Part shown: positions 23,101 through 34,841 of the stretch, one piece after another
Position numbering within the stretch: the first letter of the stretch is position 1
Layout: the number at the start of each line of letters is the position of its first letter
Assembly: GCA_964188305.1 (NCBI GenBank)
Contig: OZ076893.1
DNA: 64,000 bases
DNA from: Podarcis bocagei
Taxonomy: Eukaryota
Reading direction: 5' to 3' (one strand)
Made by a program: the position numbers and the translations under genes
The notes under the pieces: model-generated
Databases searched by the model: none
Seen by the model: only the letters and a program-made list of their open reading frames with translations
Told to the model about the DNA's origin: nothing

Positions 23101-26100
23101 TGCTAGCAGCGCCGAAATGACCTCCTTGGGGTCAGTGCCGAATTTACGTATAAGCTAAACAAGCTGTAGCTTAGGGTCCCACTATTTTGGGGGCCCCCCC
23201 CCCCAAATATGTAAGGGGAAAAAAACCTAGATGTACTTTTCCAAAATATAAGATAAAAAACAAATAAAATAAAACCTACACATAGCAACAGTGTTTTGTG
23301 TTGTATAGGCTCCTATAATGTAAGTAATGCGTCCCGCCTGCCAGCCTGCTCCCTAAAATATCACTGGTTTGCTCATTTCTATGTATGTGGTGCCTGCATT
23401 CTGCATGTGCAAATAGCTTTAGATACCTTTTAGGTCCATAAATTACTATACTGGAGAATTTCCTTCATTCTTTCAGCTAAAATATAGGTATACAATTTAT
23501 AAACATTGTTCAACATGCTGACAGCTTCTAGGAGACACAGGTGAGAGCCGAGTACAGGGTGGGGGAACCAAAGGTGGATAAATTACCCCAGAAGGAGCAA
23601 TATAGCTGTTTATATTTCTATAAGCATAGTTAAGTCTGCCAGTGTTCTGTCTTATTCAGAAAGATGGAAGGCATAAAAGCAAGTTGAGCAGAAAGGAATT
23701 CTACCCGGACAGACAGGGCAATTGTAAAACAAGTTTACCGTATTTTTCGCCCTATAGGACGCACCGGCCCATAGGATGCACCTAGATTTTTTGGGGGGGG
23801 AATAAAGGGAAAAAAATTATTTCCCCCCCCCCAGGCGCAGGGCTGGGGCGGGAGAAGCCCGAGCTTCCCCCGACCCCAGCCCCCAGAATGGGAGCCAGAG
23901 CGATGCCAAAGGTGAGCGCACCGGCATCGCTCTGGGACCTTGCGCGGCTGGGGGCGGGGGGAGCTGGAGCTTCCCCCGACCCCAGCCCCCCGAACGGGTT
24001 GGAGAGCGATGGCGAAGGTGCTCGCACCTTCGGCATCACTCTGGGACCTTGCGCGGCTGGGGGCGGGGGGAGCCGGAGCTTCCCCAGTCCCCAGAGCAGG
24101 TCCGAGAGTGCTGGCGAAGGTGAGCGCACCTTCGCCATCACTCCCAGAGCTTGCGGGGCTGGGGGTGGGGGAAGCCCAAGCTGGGGGTGGGGGAGGTTGA
24201 GCCGCGCAAAGTCCCAGAGCGATGGCGAAGGTGCGCGCACCTTCGGCATCGCTCTCCGACCCGTTCGCCGGGCTGGGGACGGGGAAAACTCCGGCTCCCC
24301 CCGCCCCCAGCCGCGCAAGCTCCGAGAGCGATGGCGAACGTGCGCGCACCATCGCCATCGCTCTCTGACCTGTTCTGGGGGCTGCGGTCGGGGGAAGCTC
24401 CGGCTTCCCCCGCCCCCAGCCGCGCAAGCTCCGAGAGCGATGGCGAACGTGCGCGCACCTTCGGCATCGCTCTCCGACCCGTTCGCGGGGCTGGGGACGG
24501 AGGAAACTCCGGCTTCCCCCACCCCCAGCCCCGCAAGCTCTGGGAGTGATGGCGAAGGTGCGCTCACCTTTGCCATTGCTCCCGGAGCTTGCAGGGGCTG
24601 GGGGTGGTGGAAGCCCGAGCTTCCCCCGCCCCCAGTCCCCAGAGCAGGTCGGAGAGCACTGGCGAAGGTGCGCGCACGTTCGCCATCGCTCTCGGAGCTT
24701 GCGCGGCTGGGGGCGGGGGAAGCCGGAGCTTCCCCCGACCGCAGCCCCCAGAACAGGTCAGAGAGCGATGGCGATGGTGCGCGCACGTTCGCCATCGCTC
24801 TCGGAGCTTGCGCGGCTGGGGGCGGGGGGAGCCGGAGTTTTCCCCGTCCCCAGCACGGCGAACGGGTCGGAGAGCGATGGCGATGGTGCGCGCACCTTCG
24901 CCATCGCTCTGGGACTTTGCGCGGCTCGACCTCCCCCACCCCCAGCTTGGGCTTCCCCCAGTCCCCAGAGCAGGTCCGAGAGTGCTGGCGAAGGTGAGCG
25001 CACCTTCGCCATCACTCCCAGAGCTTGCGGGGCTGGGGGTGGGGGAAGCCCAAGCTGGGGGTGGGGGAGGTCGAGCCGCGCAAAGTCCCAGAGCGATGGC
25101 GAAGGTGCGCGCACCTTCGGCATCGCTCTCCGACCCGTTCGCCGGGCTGGGGACGGGGAAAACTCCGGCTCCCCCCGCCCCCAGCCGCGCAAGCTCCGAG
25201 AGCAATGGCGAACGTGCGCGCACCTTCGGCATCGCTCTCCGACCCGTTCGCGGGGCTGGGGACGGAGGAAACTCCGGCTTCCCCCACCCCCAGCCCCGCA
25301 AGCTCTGGGAGTGATGGCGAAGGTGCGCTCACCTTTGCCATTGCTCCCGGAGCTTGCAGGGGCTGGGGGTGGTGGAAGCCCGAGCTTCCCCCGCCCCCAG
25401 TCCCCAGAGCAGGTCGGAGAGCGCTGGCGAAGGTGAGCGCACCTTCGCCATCACTCCCAGAGCTTGCGGGGCTGGGGGTGGGGGAAGCCGGAGTTTCCCC
25501 AGCCCCCAGAACAGGTCAGAGAGCGATGGCGATGGTGCACGCACCTTCGGCATCGCTCTGGGACCTTGCGCGGCTGGGGGGATAGCTTCCTGAAGCCTGG
25601 AGAGCTGGGGGGGGGGAGTGCGTCCTATAGGGCGAAAAATACGGTAAGTGATGTACATGGAGTCATTTGAGTCACTGTGGATCCAGTGAAAATGGTTTTA
25701 TGTAAGAAATGTGAGGATTTATATATGCAGCCAGGATTTCCTTTTTTCCTTGAATGCCTTGTATTTGTCTTATTTTAGCTGGAGAAAGAAATGACCTATG
25801 AGAAACTCAAGGATTGGATTAACCCTGAGAAGATGGACCTAACTGAAGTTCAGCTGTCTCTACCCAAATTTAAACTGGAGGAAAAATACGACCTGAAGCC
25901 TGTTCTGAGCAGCATGGGAATGGCTGAGGCGTTTGACCCAAGCAAGGCGGATTTCTCCAAGATGTCTCCCAACAATGACTTGGTTTTGTCAGAGGTTGTT
26001 CACAAATCCTTTGTAGAGGTAAACGAAGAGGGAACTGAGGCTGCTGCTGCTACTGCTCCTGTTATGAATTTCCTGTGTTATAATTTTGTGCTGAGTTTCA

Positions 26101-26183
26101 CAGCCGACCATCCCTTTCTCTTCCTCATTCGGCACAACAAAACACAAAGCCTTCTCTTCTATGGTAGGTTTTGCTCTCCCTGA
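18405..26183 (+). CDS. SERPINB6: SERPINB6-like paralogue A (379 aa; RCL ...APVMNFL|CYNFV)
   Basis: Exons 18405-18572, 20178-20315, 22099-22216, 22329-22471, 22740-22907, 25779-26183; open frame, no CD-loop exon, C-terminus GRFCSP; near-identical to copy C outside the RCL. Confidence 0.88.
18712..18900 (+). mobile_element. Sauria SINE fragment
   Basis: Similar to 278-627; same position as the fuller copy at 43256. Confidence 0.8.
18901..19155 (-). mobile_element. Sauria SINE fragment, inverted
   Basis: Reverse complement of the SINE body. Confidence 0.85.
19217..20122 (+). mobile_element. Young 5'-truncated L2-clade LINE (RT C-terminal region intact)
   Basis: 257-aa stop-free ORF with [41 protein letters not shown]; (TAT)n tail; absent from copies B and C. 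Confidence 0.9.
21550..21791. mobile_element. Tc1/mariner (Tigger-like) MITE, copy A only; a partial inverted copy lies at ~21190-21311
   Basis: TIR CAGTGGTACCTCGGGTTA, TA TSD; empty site CTCTCATATATAAGAATAAG in copy B. Confidence 0.85.
23738..25644. mobile_element. 1.9-kb non-autonomous Tc1/mariner-superfamily element filled with a palindromic ~109-bp minisatellite
   Basis: Perfect TIR CCGTATTTTTCGCCCTATAGGACGCAC, TA TSD (23736-37 / 25645-46); empty site in copies B and C; 16 palindromic cores inside. Confidence 0.88.
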
Positions 26184-26185
26184 AG

Positions 26186-26402
26186 CAAGCTAACTTCTCA
26201 GGAATGTCAAAGAAAAGTGACTTGGCTTTGTCAGAGGTGTATCACAAGTCCTTTGTGGAGATCAATGAAGAGGGCATTGAGGCAGCAGCTGCCTCAGCAG
26301 CCACCGTTGTAATAAGGTCATCTCAGCATCCCATAAAATTAGAAGCAAACCACCCTTTCATCTTCAAGCACCCTCTTCTTTGGCAGATTCTCTTTGCCAT
26401 AG
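26186..26402 (+). pseudogene. Duplicated 3' half of the SERPINB10-like last exon fused directly after the copy A stop codon
   Basis: Homologous to 13761-14000 ([30 protein letters not shown]); no splice acceptor; hinge T->I; 12-nt plus 11-nt deletions (frameshift); followed by a copy of the SERPINB10-like 3' UTR. Confidence 0.9.
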
Positions 26403-28759
26403 AATGGGGTTGCTGATGCAATGAACCCACTGGTACCTCCCATGGTAAACACACTCTCAAAAATAAAAAATGCATAAGACAACTTCCTGCCCTTCCTGCT
26501 AATTTAATGTTGACACTGGCTTTGCCTTTCTTTCTCTCCTCTGCCAACAGCCATTTTGTGTCAGACCACACGCCCCATGGCAGCCATTTTGTGACTGGCG
26601 CCCATAGCAGTTTCTCAAAATTCCACATTTCCTCATTGGTCCAAAAAGTTTGGCAATCTGAGTATAAATGCTTAGGAGCAGGCTGATATACCACAGGCAT
26701 CACATTGAGGCCTAATGCTGTTTTAGACATAACCTATATAAGCTTTTCTGCCTTCCTTCTGTTACCCAAATCTGTCTCTGTACATGACAAGTGTGCAGCA
26801 TCACATTCTTAATTCTTCTCTAAATGCCGGTCATTATTGTCTGTAAAACATGCATTTTAAAGCAAGAAATGTAGTTTTGAAACTTATGTTTCCACTGTGA
26901 AAACAGTGCAGCCCACTTGCATTAAAATAATTGACAACACTCCTGTTTGTTTGTTTGTTTATTTATTTTATATATTCATCATCTCACCAACTGGTTAGTA
27001 CAAAGAAAGAGCAATTAGACGGAACCTGTTCCAAACTGGAGGATATATTCCGGACCAGTTGGGATAGAATGGGAAATGCATGCAAAATCCAGAGGCTTCT
27101 GGGAGAACGTCATTTGACAAGTTCTAATTGAGTCAAGTCTCTGCTCTTCAGAAATGGTTAATGTTCCTATACGTATTTTCTTCAAGTGTCGTGATCTGAG
27201 TTCTCCTTTTGCATCACTGATAGGCACATTCTGGTACCTCTGTTTCCTCACGGCTTGCTTGCATTTCAGGCATTAGAAGTTTGCTCTCTGCATTTATGCA
27301 CCAGCTGTCCGTTATGCTTAACCTTACTCAGTTGCAACACAGCATCACCAGGGTCAGAATCCTAACTGGTACCCGTCCTCGTTTCCCAATAGCAATGGTC
27401 TTAGAAACTATAGCAGGATCTCCTTCTCAGGCCTCAACATGGTTCTAACAGGGCATCATAATCTCACCCAGGTAGTCTGACCTTTGTTTTAAGCATCGTA
27501 GTTGTGTGTATTGGGCAACAAATTGAAGGCATGAATACGTTTATAACCCAGGTTCCCCACATGGTTATAATAATTTATTATTTATACCCCGCCCATCTGG
27601 CTGGGTTTCCCCAGCCACTCTGGGCGGCTTCCAAAAGAATATTAAAATACTATGATACATCAAACATTAAAAGCTTCCCTAAACAGGGCTGCCTTCAGAT
27701 GTCTTCTAAAAGTCTGGTAGTTGTTGTTCTCTGGTCGCTTTCAGTAGATCAAATGGTGTCCCGCCGTGCTTTCATTTGAAGAGATGGGACTCCCTCAACA
27801 CTCCTCATAAACACACTCTTATGGGCAGGACACCCAAATCCCAACACTTCTCCGGAATAGTCCACAGATTAATCACCACATACCCAGAGATTCCTCTGAA
27901 CTGTACAAGCTTACCCAATCTTTCCGGAGAATATTGCAGTCATCAAAAAATCAGACTGGATGTTCACATCCTTCCCCCAGCATGTCCGGGAAAAAACAAC
28001 AACACTCAGTATGGCCAGAAATATTCAAGCCTGCATATCTAGAATATACACCTCAAAGGAGCTGATTTCACCCAAAGGTCATAGTGGTTCCTTGGTTTAC
28101 AGAAGTACGTGCGTCGTCTCTTTTTTCAGGTTGTATTTTCTAGGGATCAATTCCATTTGTTGCGAGACATTCATGTTCGTAAAATAACCCAAGGCTCCCC
28201 GCACGCACAACCTCTCTCACTACCAAGGAAATGCAATAAATCAGTGTTATGTATTGAGTTTAACACATTTTATGTTACAAGGCGCATTCTAACCAATCAC
28301 AGAAGCGTTGGTAGATGAACACTTAGCTGTCAACCTTCCCTTTTTTTGCGGGAAATTCCCTTATTCCAACGCCGTTTCCCGCTGCTATCCCGGATTGTTA
28401 GATATCCCATAGACTGTCCCCTGGACTGGTGAGGCTGCTGATCCCTTATTTTCTAATCTGACAGCTATGGACCTGCGTTCTAATGGCAAGTAAGCACATG
28501 CTCTTTCAACTGTCAAACTGTCAACGGTCAGTTTATCCTCGGCATTATTATCGTGTTGTCCAGTCAGTTTGGTTCTTGTGTTCCTATGAGTGAGCTGTTG
28601 TCACTGACAAATGCTGAATAAACTTACACTGCCTTGGGCTTCTGACTTCTTCCGAACATTTAACAATCAGCGAATAGAAAGAGGATCTATCCAAACGACG
28701 CCGACACTAAGTAAAAGAATATGAGCTTTACCCTATAAACTGCATTGTCTGTATTAATG

Positions 28760-29300
28760 TCAGGCTCCCCGGGTTTGCGCAGCCAGGCGCCTTTACTCGG
28801 GAGTAAGCCTGCGGGGATTACTTCTGCAGCGCCAACAACCAGCGCGAGCAGGGCGCAATTGCGCTTTCGCAGCGCCACCTTCCTGCTCCGAGAGGCTTCT
28901 CCGTTTCTGAAAAAGCAGGCGGCGATGGGGAAAAAGAAGACGGGCAGCGGCTTCGTTTCCTCCTGCTGGGCATGTGCGAGCCGTTCTGCACATGCTCAGT
29001 GGCAATGGAAGCCGGCCGCAAACTTGGGGGCTCGAAGCTGCGGCTCCTTCCCCTCCCCACCCTATTAGGTTCCTGGATAGCGGCTGAGTCAGGGGCTGAG
29101 TCACAGGAAGGAGCGCCTCCCCTGGCAGGACGGGATGGTTTCGTACCTCCTACTCGGGTTTCCCGTCGCCACTCGGTGCCTCTCTTTGCTCGCAGCCGGA
29201 GCCCTTCCTGCGATCCGTGCGTAACAGCCGCGCGCATTTCTCACGGTACAGTCCTCTTCTCTTTGGGTTGCCATTTGTACCTGTTGCGTGTCTTTTAAAG
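28760..29300 (+). promoter_or_regulatory. CpG-island promoter/exon 1 of SERPINB6 copy B
   Basis: Paralogous to 16960-17530; tandem GCTGAGTCA at 29083-29104. Confidence 0.68.
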
Positions 29301-29875
29301 GAAATGCGGTGGGTCCTGATGTTGTCTGGGACTTCCTTTGGTGAGGAAGTAATTAATCTGGGAGGGTCTCAGGGTGTTGTCACCTGTGGGACCTGCACTT
29401 CTGTGCACACTTCTGTCCTTTGAACAGCTGCACGACACAGGCAGAAATTTAATAGCTGCGGCTTTCCATACTGTGTTTCTCTACCAAAGTTGTTGAGCTT
29501 TCTTTTTAGGATTGAAGTTGCTGAGCATTTTTTTTTTTTTTTTGGATTTTACCCCAGGACAGAAGGGGCTGAATTAAACCCCCGAACCAGACTTTGGACA
29601 TGCCTGCCCTAATATTGGTAGAAGGAGTTTTGAAAGATTTGTACATCTTAGTGCCAGTAGTCACAATATAGTTATAAAAGCATCAAACAGGACTTCATGC
29701 AAGCTTGATCCCGTTCAGGACACGGTTTATCAAACATAGACTTAATTGCGAAAGTCAGGCTATTATAGCTGTTGGCTTGCTAACTTAATTCTGCGGCCTG
29801 AGGCTTTAATAGTCCTGTTTTTGAGGCTAGAATTATGCAGTGGGGAGGGACAACAGGCTCTCAAATGATGCTTTA

Positions 29876-30120
29876 CAGTGGTATCTCGGGTTACATACAC
29901 TTCAGGTTACATACGCTACAGGTTACAGACTCCGCTAACCCAGAAATAGTACCTCGGGTTAAGAACTTTGCTTCAGGATGAGAACAGAAATAGTGCAGCG
30001 GCGGCGGCACGGCAGCAGCAGGAGGCTCCATTAGCTAAAGTGGTGCTTCAGGTTAAGAACAGTTTCAGGTTAAGAACGGATCTCCGGGATGAATTAAGTA
30101 CTTAACCCGAAGTACCACTG
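29876..30120. mobile_element. Tc1/mariner (Tigger-like) MITE
   Basis: Same family as 21550, opposite orientation, TA flanks. Confidence 0.8.
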
Positions 30121-30515
30121 TATGTCCCAAAGGGGGTAATGTGGCATATAAGATGCAATAGACTTTTAATTTAAAGCTGATCTTCTTAGAAATCAAGTGA
30201 GGGCAAATTACTGTCTGCTGGGCATTTTTGCAAATTACTGTCTGCTGGCCATTGCTTTCATCTAAAGAAATGTAGCATGTGATTGACGGATCCTCTGTGG
30301 GCTGCAGCCTCCCCCACACCAGAAAACGGTGGGTGGGTGGCATTTTGGAGAGCATGAAAATGTTCCAGCATGGGAATTACAGGTTGATATGCATTTGGAT
30401 ACGTGTGGGATCTGAAAACAAATGCTTAGGTTTGGGTTTTTTCTTGTAAAAGTGACCTCCGAGCGGATAAACTGGATGACTGTCTTCTCTGTGCTTGTTT
30501 CGTAGGTTATAAGAC

Positions 30516-33500
30516 ATGGACCGCCTCACTGCAGCAAACAGTGCCTTTGCCCTCAATCTGTTCAAGAAGCTAAGTCAAAATGATAATACAGCGAACGTGT
30601 TTTTTTCTCCTTTGAGCATTTCTTCTGCTTTGACGATGGTCTCTCTGGGTGCGGCAGGGAGCACTGCAGCCCAAATGGCAAAGGTATATCCAGATAAATA
30701 CTATTAAGGGGAGGGGGGAGCTTGACTTTTGCCTCCATGCATGGTGCTTCCTTTTCTTTGTAGCAGGTCAGGCTGAAATATGCATTTACAGTATTTCACT
30801 CTCTTGTTTGCTGAAAGGCATGGATTTTTCAACTAATACAGTTTTTAAGGAGTACGTAGATAAATGTATTTAAATTACTGCACTTAACATTATCTGTTAA
30901 CCATTTATTGTCTTACAGGTGCTGTCTGTGACCAACGACGTCGAGTTTCACCAGGGATACGAGAAACTTATTTCTGAAATCAACAAGCCAGACACCAAGT
31001 ACTTGCTTAGGCTAGCCAACAGGCTCTTTGGAGAAACATCCTATGAGTTTATTTCAGTAAGTTACATGGTTTACAAATATGCTAGAGAAGAGGAAGTGGT
31101 CTCTGTTCAGATAGTGAACCGTGTTCTGTCACAGATCAGAAACGCAGCTAAGCACTCACTATCCCTTCTGTACTTTCCAGTAAAACCTTCCATCAAACTG
31201 AAAGGGACATTTGAATTCGCAGCAGTGATCAGCTTGAGTCCAGGTGGCAGGTTGTACCAGCCAATCTACTTGGTGGATAGATTCATTTCTTTCTCTTTTC
31301 CCCTGTCCTTACTTGGCACCAGGACATTAGCTGGGATAATAATAATATTTATTATTTATACCCTGCCCATATGGCTGGGTTTCCCCAGGCACTCTATGCA
31401 GCTCCCAGCAGAACATTAAAACAGAAGAAAACTACAAACATTAAAAACTTCCCTAAACAGGTCTGCCTTCAGATGTTTCTAAATTCTAAAAGTCATATAG
31501 TTGCTTATTTCCTTGACATCTGATGGAAGGGCATTCCAAAGGGCGGACTCCACTACCAAGAAGGCCCTCTGCCTGGTTCCCTGTAGCTTAGCTTCTCGCA
31601 GGGAGGGAACCACCGGAAGGCCCTTAGCGTCCGGGCTGAATAATGGGGGTGGAGACGCTCCTTCAACTATACAGAGCCGAGGCTTTTTAGGGCTTTAAAG
31701 GTCAGCTCCAACACTTTTGACTTGTGCATGGAAATATACTGGGAACCAATGTAGGTCTTTCAGGACGGGTGTTATACTGTCTCGTCGGCCACTCTGAAGA
31801 TGCACCTCTTTACCCTATGGCCTATGTGTTTTCAGGACCCAGGCCATTGCTGTGACTTTTTAATATATGTAATACGTACAGAATTTTAAATTGTTGTAAT
31901 CTGTCATGGGACCTGGAAGGCAAAGTCCCCCAGCGTTTGCACAAAGAGTTCACAGACCAGCACTGCTGCATTTCCCCATCTGTTTATGGGCCTTTGAATC
32001 CAGGCCATTATAGAGAAATGTGTGTTAATTTTATGACATGCTTGTGAGCTTCCAGGGACAGAATGTTAGACTAAGAGGAGCTTTTCCTAGATCAAGCCAA
32101 GAGGATAATTACATTAAAAAAACAACTGTAATACAACAGGTAGTTGGCACTTTCCAAAGAGTAACCAAATTTGGAGACAAATAAGTATTGCTTACGTAAC
32201 GTTTTTTCCTCCATAGAGGAATGGAAAGAAAAAACACCACATTGGAATTCATTATCCGCCTGCATTGAGCAGGATTGATACAGGGGCAAATCTTGGTAAG
32301 CATTTAGCATCCTGCAAATGGACCTTTCATGTAGGACTCTCATATATAAGAATAAGACAAGGATTGCTATGTATATTCTTGAGCAAAAGAAGTTTGTTTG
32401 GGTCAGGTTCAGTTTATCTGTTTTGGCTGATAGGAATCTATTGCACATGCCATGAGCTTTTTCTTATCAACTGAAGTTAAATTAAGCATCTGCATACGTG
32501 TTTCACATCTTTCGGTATCTGAAAATGGAAGAAACATCCTTCTCTCCCTCTCTTTTCTGTGGGACAAAACCTGAATGAAATCAAAGTTTGTGTGTATATG
32601 ATATATACAGATCCATATATAGCTTTTAATTCTGAAACTTATTTGTTTAAGTCATTCATAGACTCCAGCCAGAAATTCTATCGAGCAGGTCTAGAGAAAC
32701 TAGACTTCATAAAAGCATCAGAGGATTCCAGGAAATACATTAATAATTGGGTGGAAGAACAGACAGCAAGTGAGTAGCAAATTCTTGGGCTTCCATATTG
32801 TCTGAGTTTTACTTCTTAAAATATGAGTTTGTGTCTGAAAAATATGTTCTTTAATCCCTCTTCAAGGTAAAATCCAAAATCTGCTCGCCCCAGGAATAAT
32901 TGACTCCAGTACAAGGCTGGTCTTGGTGAATGCTATCTATTTCAAGGGAAACTGGGCAAATCAGTTCCGCAAAGATCTCACTGAGGAAACGCCGTTCAAA
33001 ATTAGCAAGGTATGAGGTGGGAAATAATGTGAAGCACATCACTGAGCAAAGAGTCTTTATCGTTTTGATTAAATTACATACATTGTGATATTTGGAGTGT
33101 TCCCTCCTTCTGTTTTTTTTCTTTCATCAGTTGACCAAGTAGGATTTACCTTCCCACCATGTCCTAAGGACATTCTTTTGCAGAGACAACAGAGGATGAA
33201 CAGTAAACAAGGTGCAGAGCAGCTCAAGCAATGCAATAGAAAAGATTATATGCTTAAAACAAAATTCTTCTCCATTTGCAGAATGAAAGCAAACCAGTGC
33301 AGATGATGTTCAAGAAAGCTAAATTCAACATGACATGGATATCGGAACTTCGCACCAAAATTCTTGAGATTCCTTATGTTGAAAACGAGCTCAGCATGAT
33401 CATCCTGCTTCCTGATGAGATTGCAGATAATTCTACAGGCCTGGAAAAGGTGAGGCATTGTTGCTGAGAATAAAACCATCTAAATTCTTGCCCATAAAAA

Positions 33501-34839
33501 TTGCCCTTGTTGGTACATGACCAGAGCATTCTAGCTTCCAACTTCTACGTGATTCTTCCAAGTGCCCAGTGTAACTTATTATATTGTTGGCATCTGTCTC
33601 AAGAGACAATGGAGTGTGCCTTCAGAGGTGAAGTCAAACCACCATGCTAGCAGCGCCGAAATGACCTCCTTGGGGTCAGTGCCGAATTTACGTATAAGCT
33701 AAACAAGCTATAGCTTAGGGTCCCACTATTTTGGCCCCCCCCAAAAAAAAAATGTAAGGGGAAAAAACCCTAGATGTACATTTCCAAAATATAAGATAAA
33801 AAACAAATAAAATAAAACCTACACATAGCAACAGTGTTTTGTGTTGTATAGGCTCCTGTAATGTAAATAATGGGTCCTGCCTGCCAGCCTGCTCCCTAAA
33901 ATATCACTGGTTTGCTCATTTCTATATATATGGTGCCTGCATTCTGCATGTGCAAATGGCTTTAGATACCTTTTAGGTCCATTACTATACTGTATAATAG
34001 TTTGGAGAATTTTCTTAATTCTTTCAGCTAAAATATAGGTATACAATTTATAAACATTGTTCAACATGCTGACAGCTTCTAGGAGCCACAGGTGAGAGCT
34101 GAGTACAGGGTGGGGGGAACCAAAGGTGGATAAATTACCCCAGAAGGAGCAATATATGTTTAATATAGTGGTTATATTTCTATAAGCATAGTTAAGTCTG
34201 CCAGTGTTCTGTCCTATTCAGAAAGATGGAAGGCATAAAAGCAAGTTGAGCAGAAAGGAATTCTACCCGGACAGACAGTGCAATTGTGAAACAAGTTTGT
34301 TTAAGTGATGTACATGGAGTCATTTGAGTCACTGTGGATCCAGTGAAAATGGTTTTATGTAAGAAATGTGAGGATTTATATATGCAGCCAGGATTTCCTT
34401 TTTCCTTGAATGCCTTGTGTTTGTCTTATTTTAGCTGGAGAGAGAAATGACCTATGAGAAACTGAAGGATTGGATTAACCCTGAGAAGATGGACCTAACT
34501 GAAGTTCAGCTGTCTCTACCCAAATTTAAACTGGAGGAAAAATACGACCTGAAGCCTGTTCTGAGCAGCATGGGAATGGCTGAGGCGTTTGACCCAAGCA
34601 AGGCAGATTTCTCCAGCATGTCTCCCAACAATGACTTGGTTTTGTCTGAGGTTGTTCACAAATCCTTTGTAGAGGTAAATGAAGAGGGAACTGAGGCTGC
34701 TGCTGCTACTGCTGCTGTAATGACTAAGCGGCGTGCTAGGATTGTGCCCTGTGTCACAGCCGACCATCCCTTTCTCTTCTTCATTCGGCACAACAAAACA
34801 CAAAGCCTTCTCTTCTATGGTAGGTTTTGCTCTCCCTGA
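30516..34839 (+). CDS. SERPINB6: SERPINB6-like paralogue B (379 aa; RCL ...AAVMTKR|RARIV)
   Basis: Exons 30516-30683, 30919-31056, 32652-32769, 32867-33009, 33282-33449, 34435-34839; intact frame and splice sites. Confidence 0.88.
31337..31795 (-). mobile_element. L2 LINE 3' fragment
   Basis: Degenerate reverse complement of ~19620-20080. Confidence 0.75.
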
Positions 34840-34841
34840 AG

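Noticed and set aside
23896-25560. CRISPR array (palindromic repeats with spacers)
   Set aside because: Eukaryotic intron, no cas genes; the spacers are related to each other and repeated or inverted rather than unique; the array is bounded by transposon TIRs and a TA TSD.
23735-25670. Many long overlapping ORFs (up to 385 aa) on both strands
   Set aside because: By-product of a GC-rich, stop-poor palindromic repeat; no transposase or other domain motifs.
26171-26416. Frameshift or read-through giving a serpin with a second RCL (also 34827-35069)
   Set aside because: The fragment is out of frame with the SERPINB6 ORF, starts at a non-ATG codon, has no obvious slippery site, and carries a hinge T->I change plus deletions; best read as UTR.
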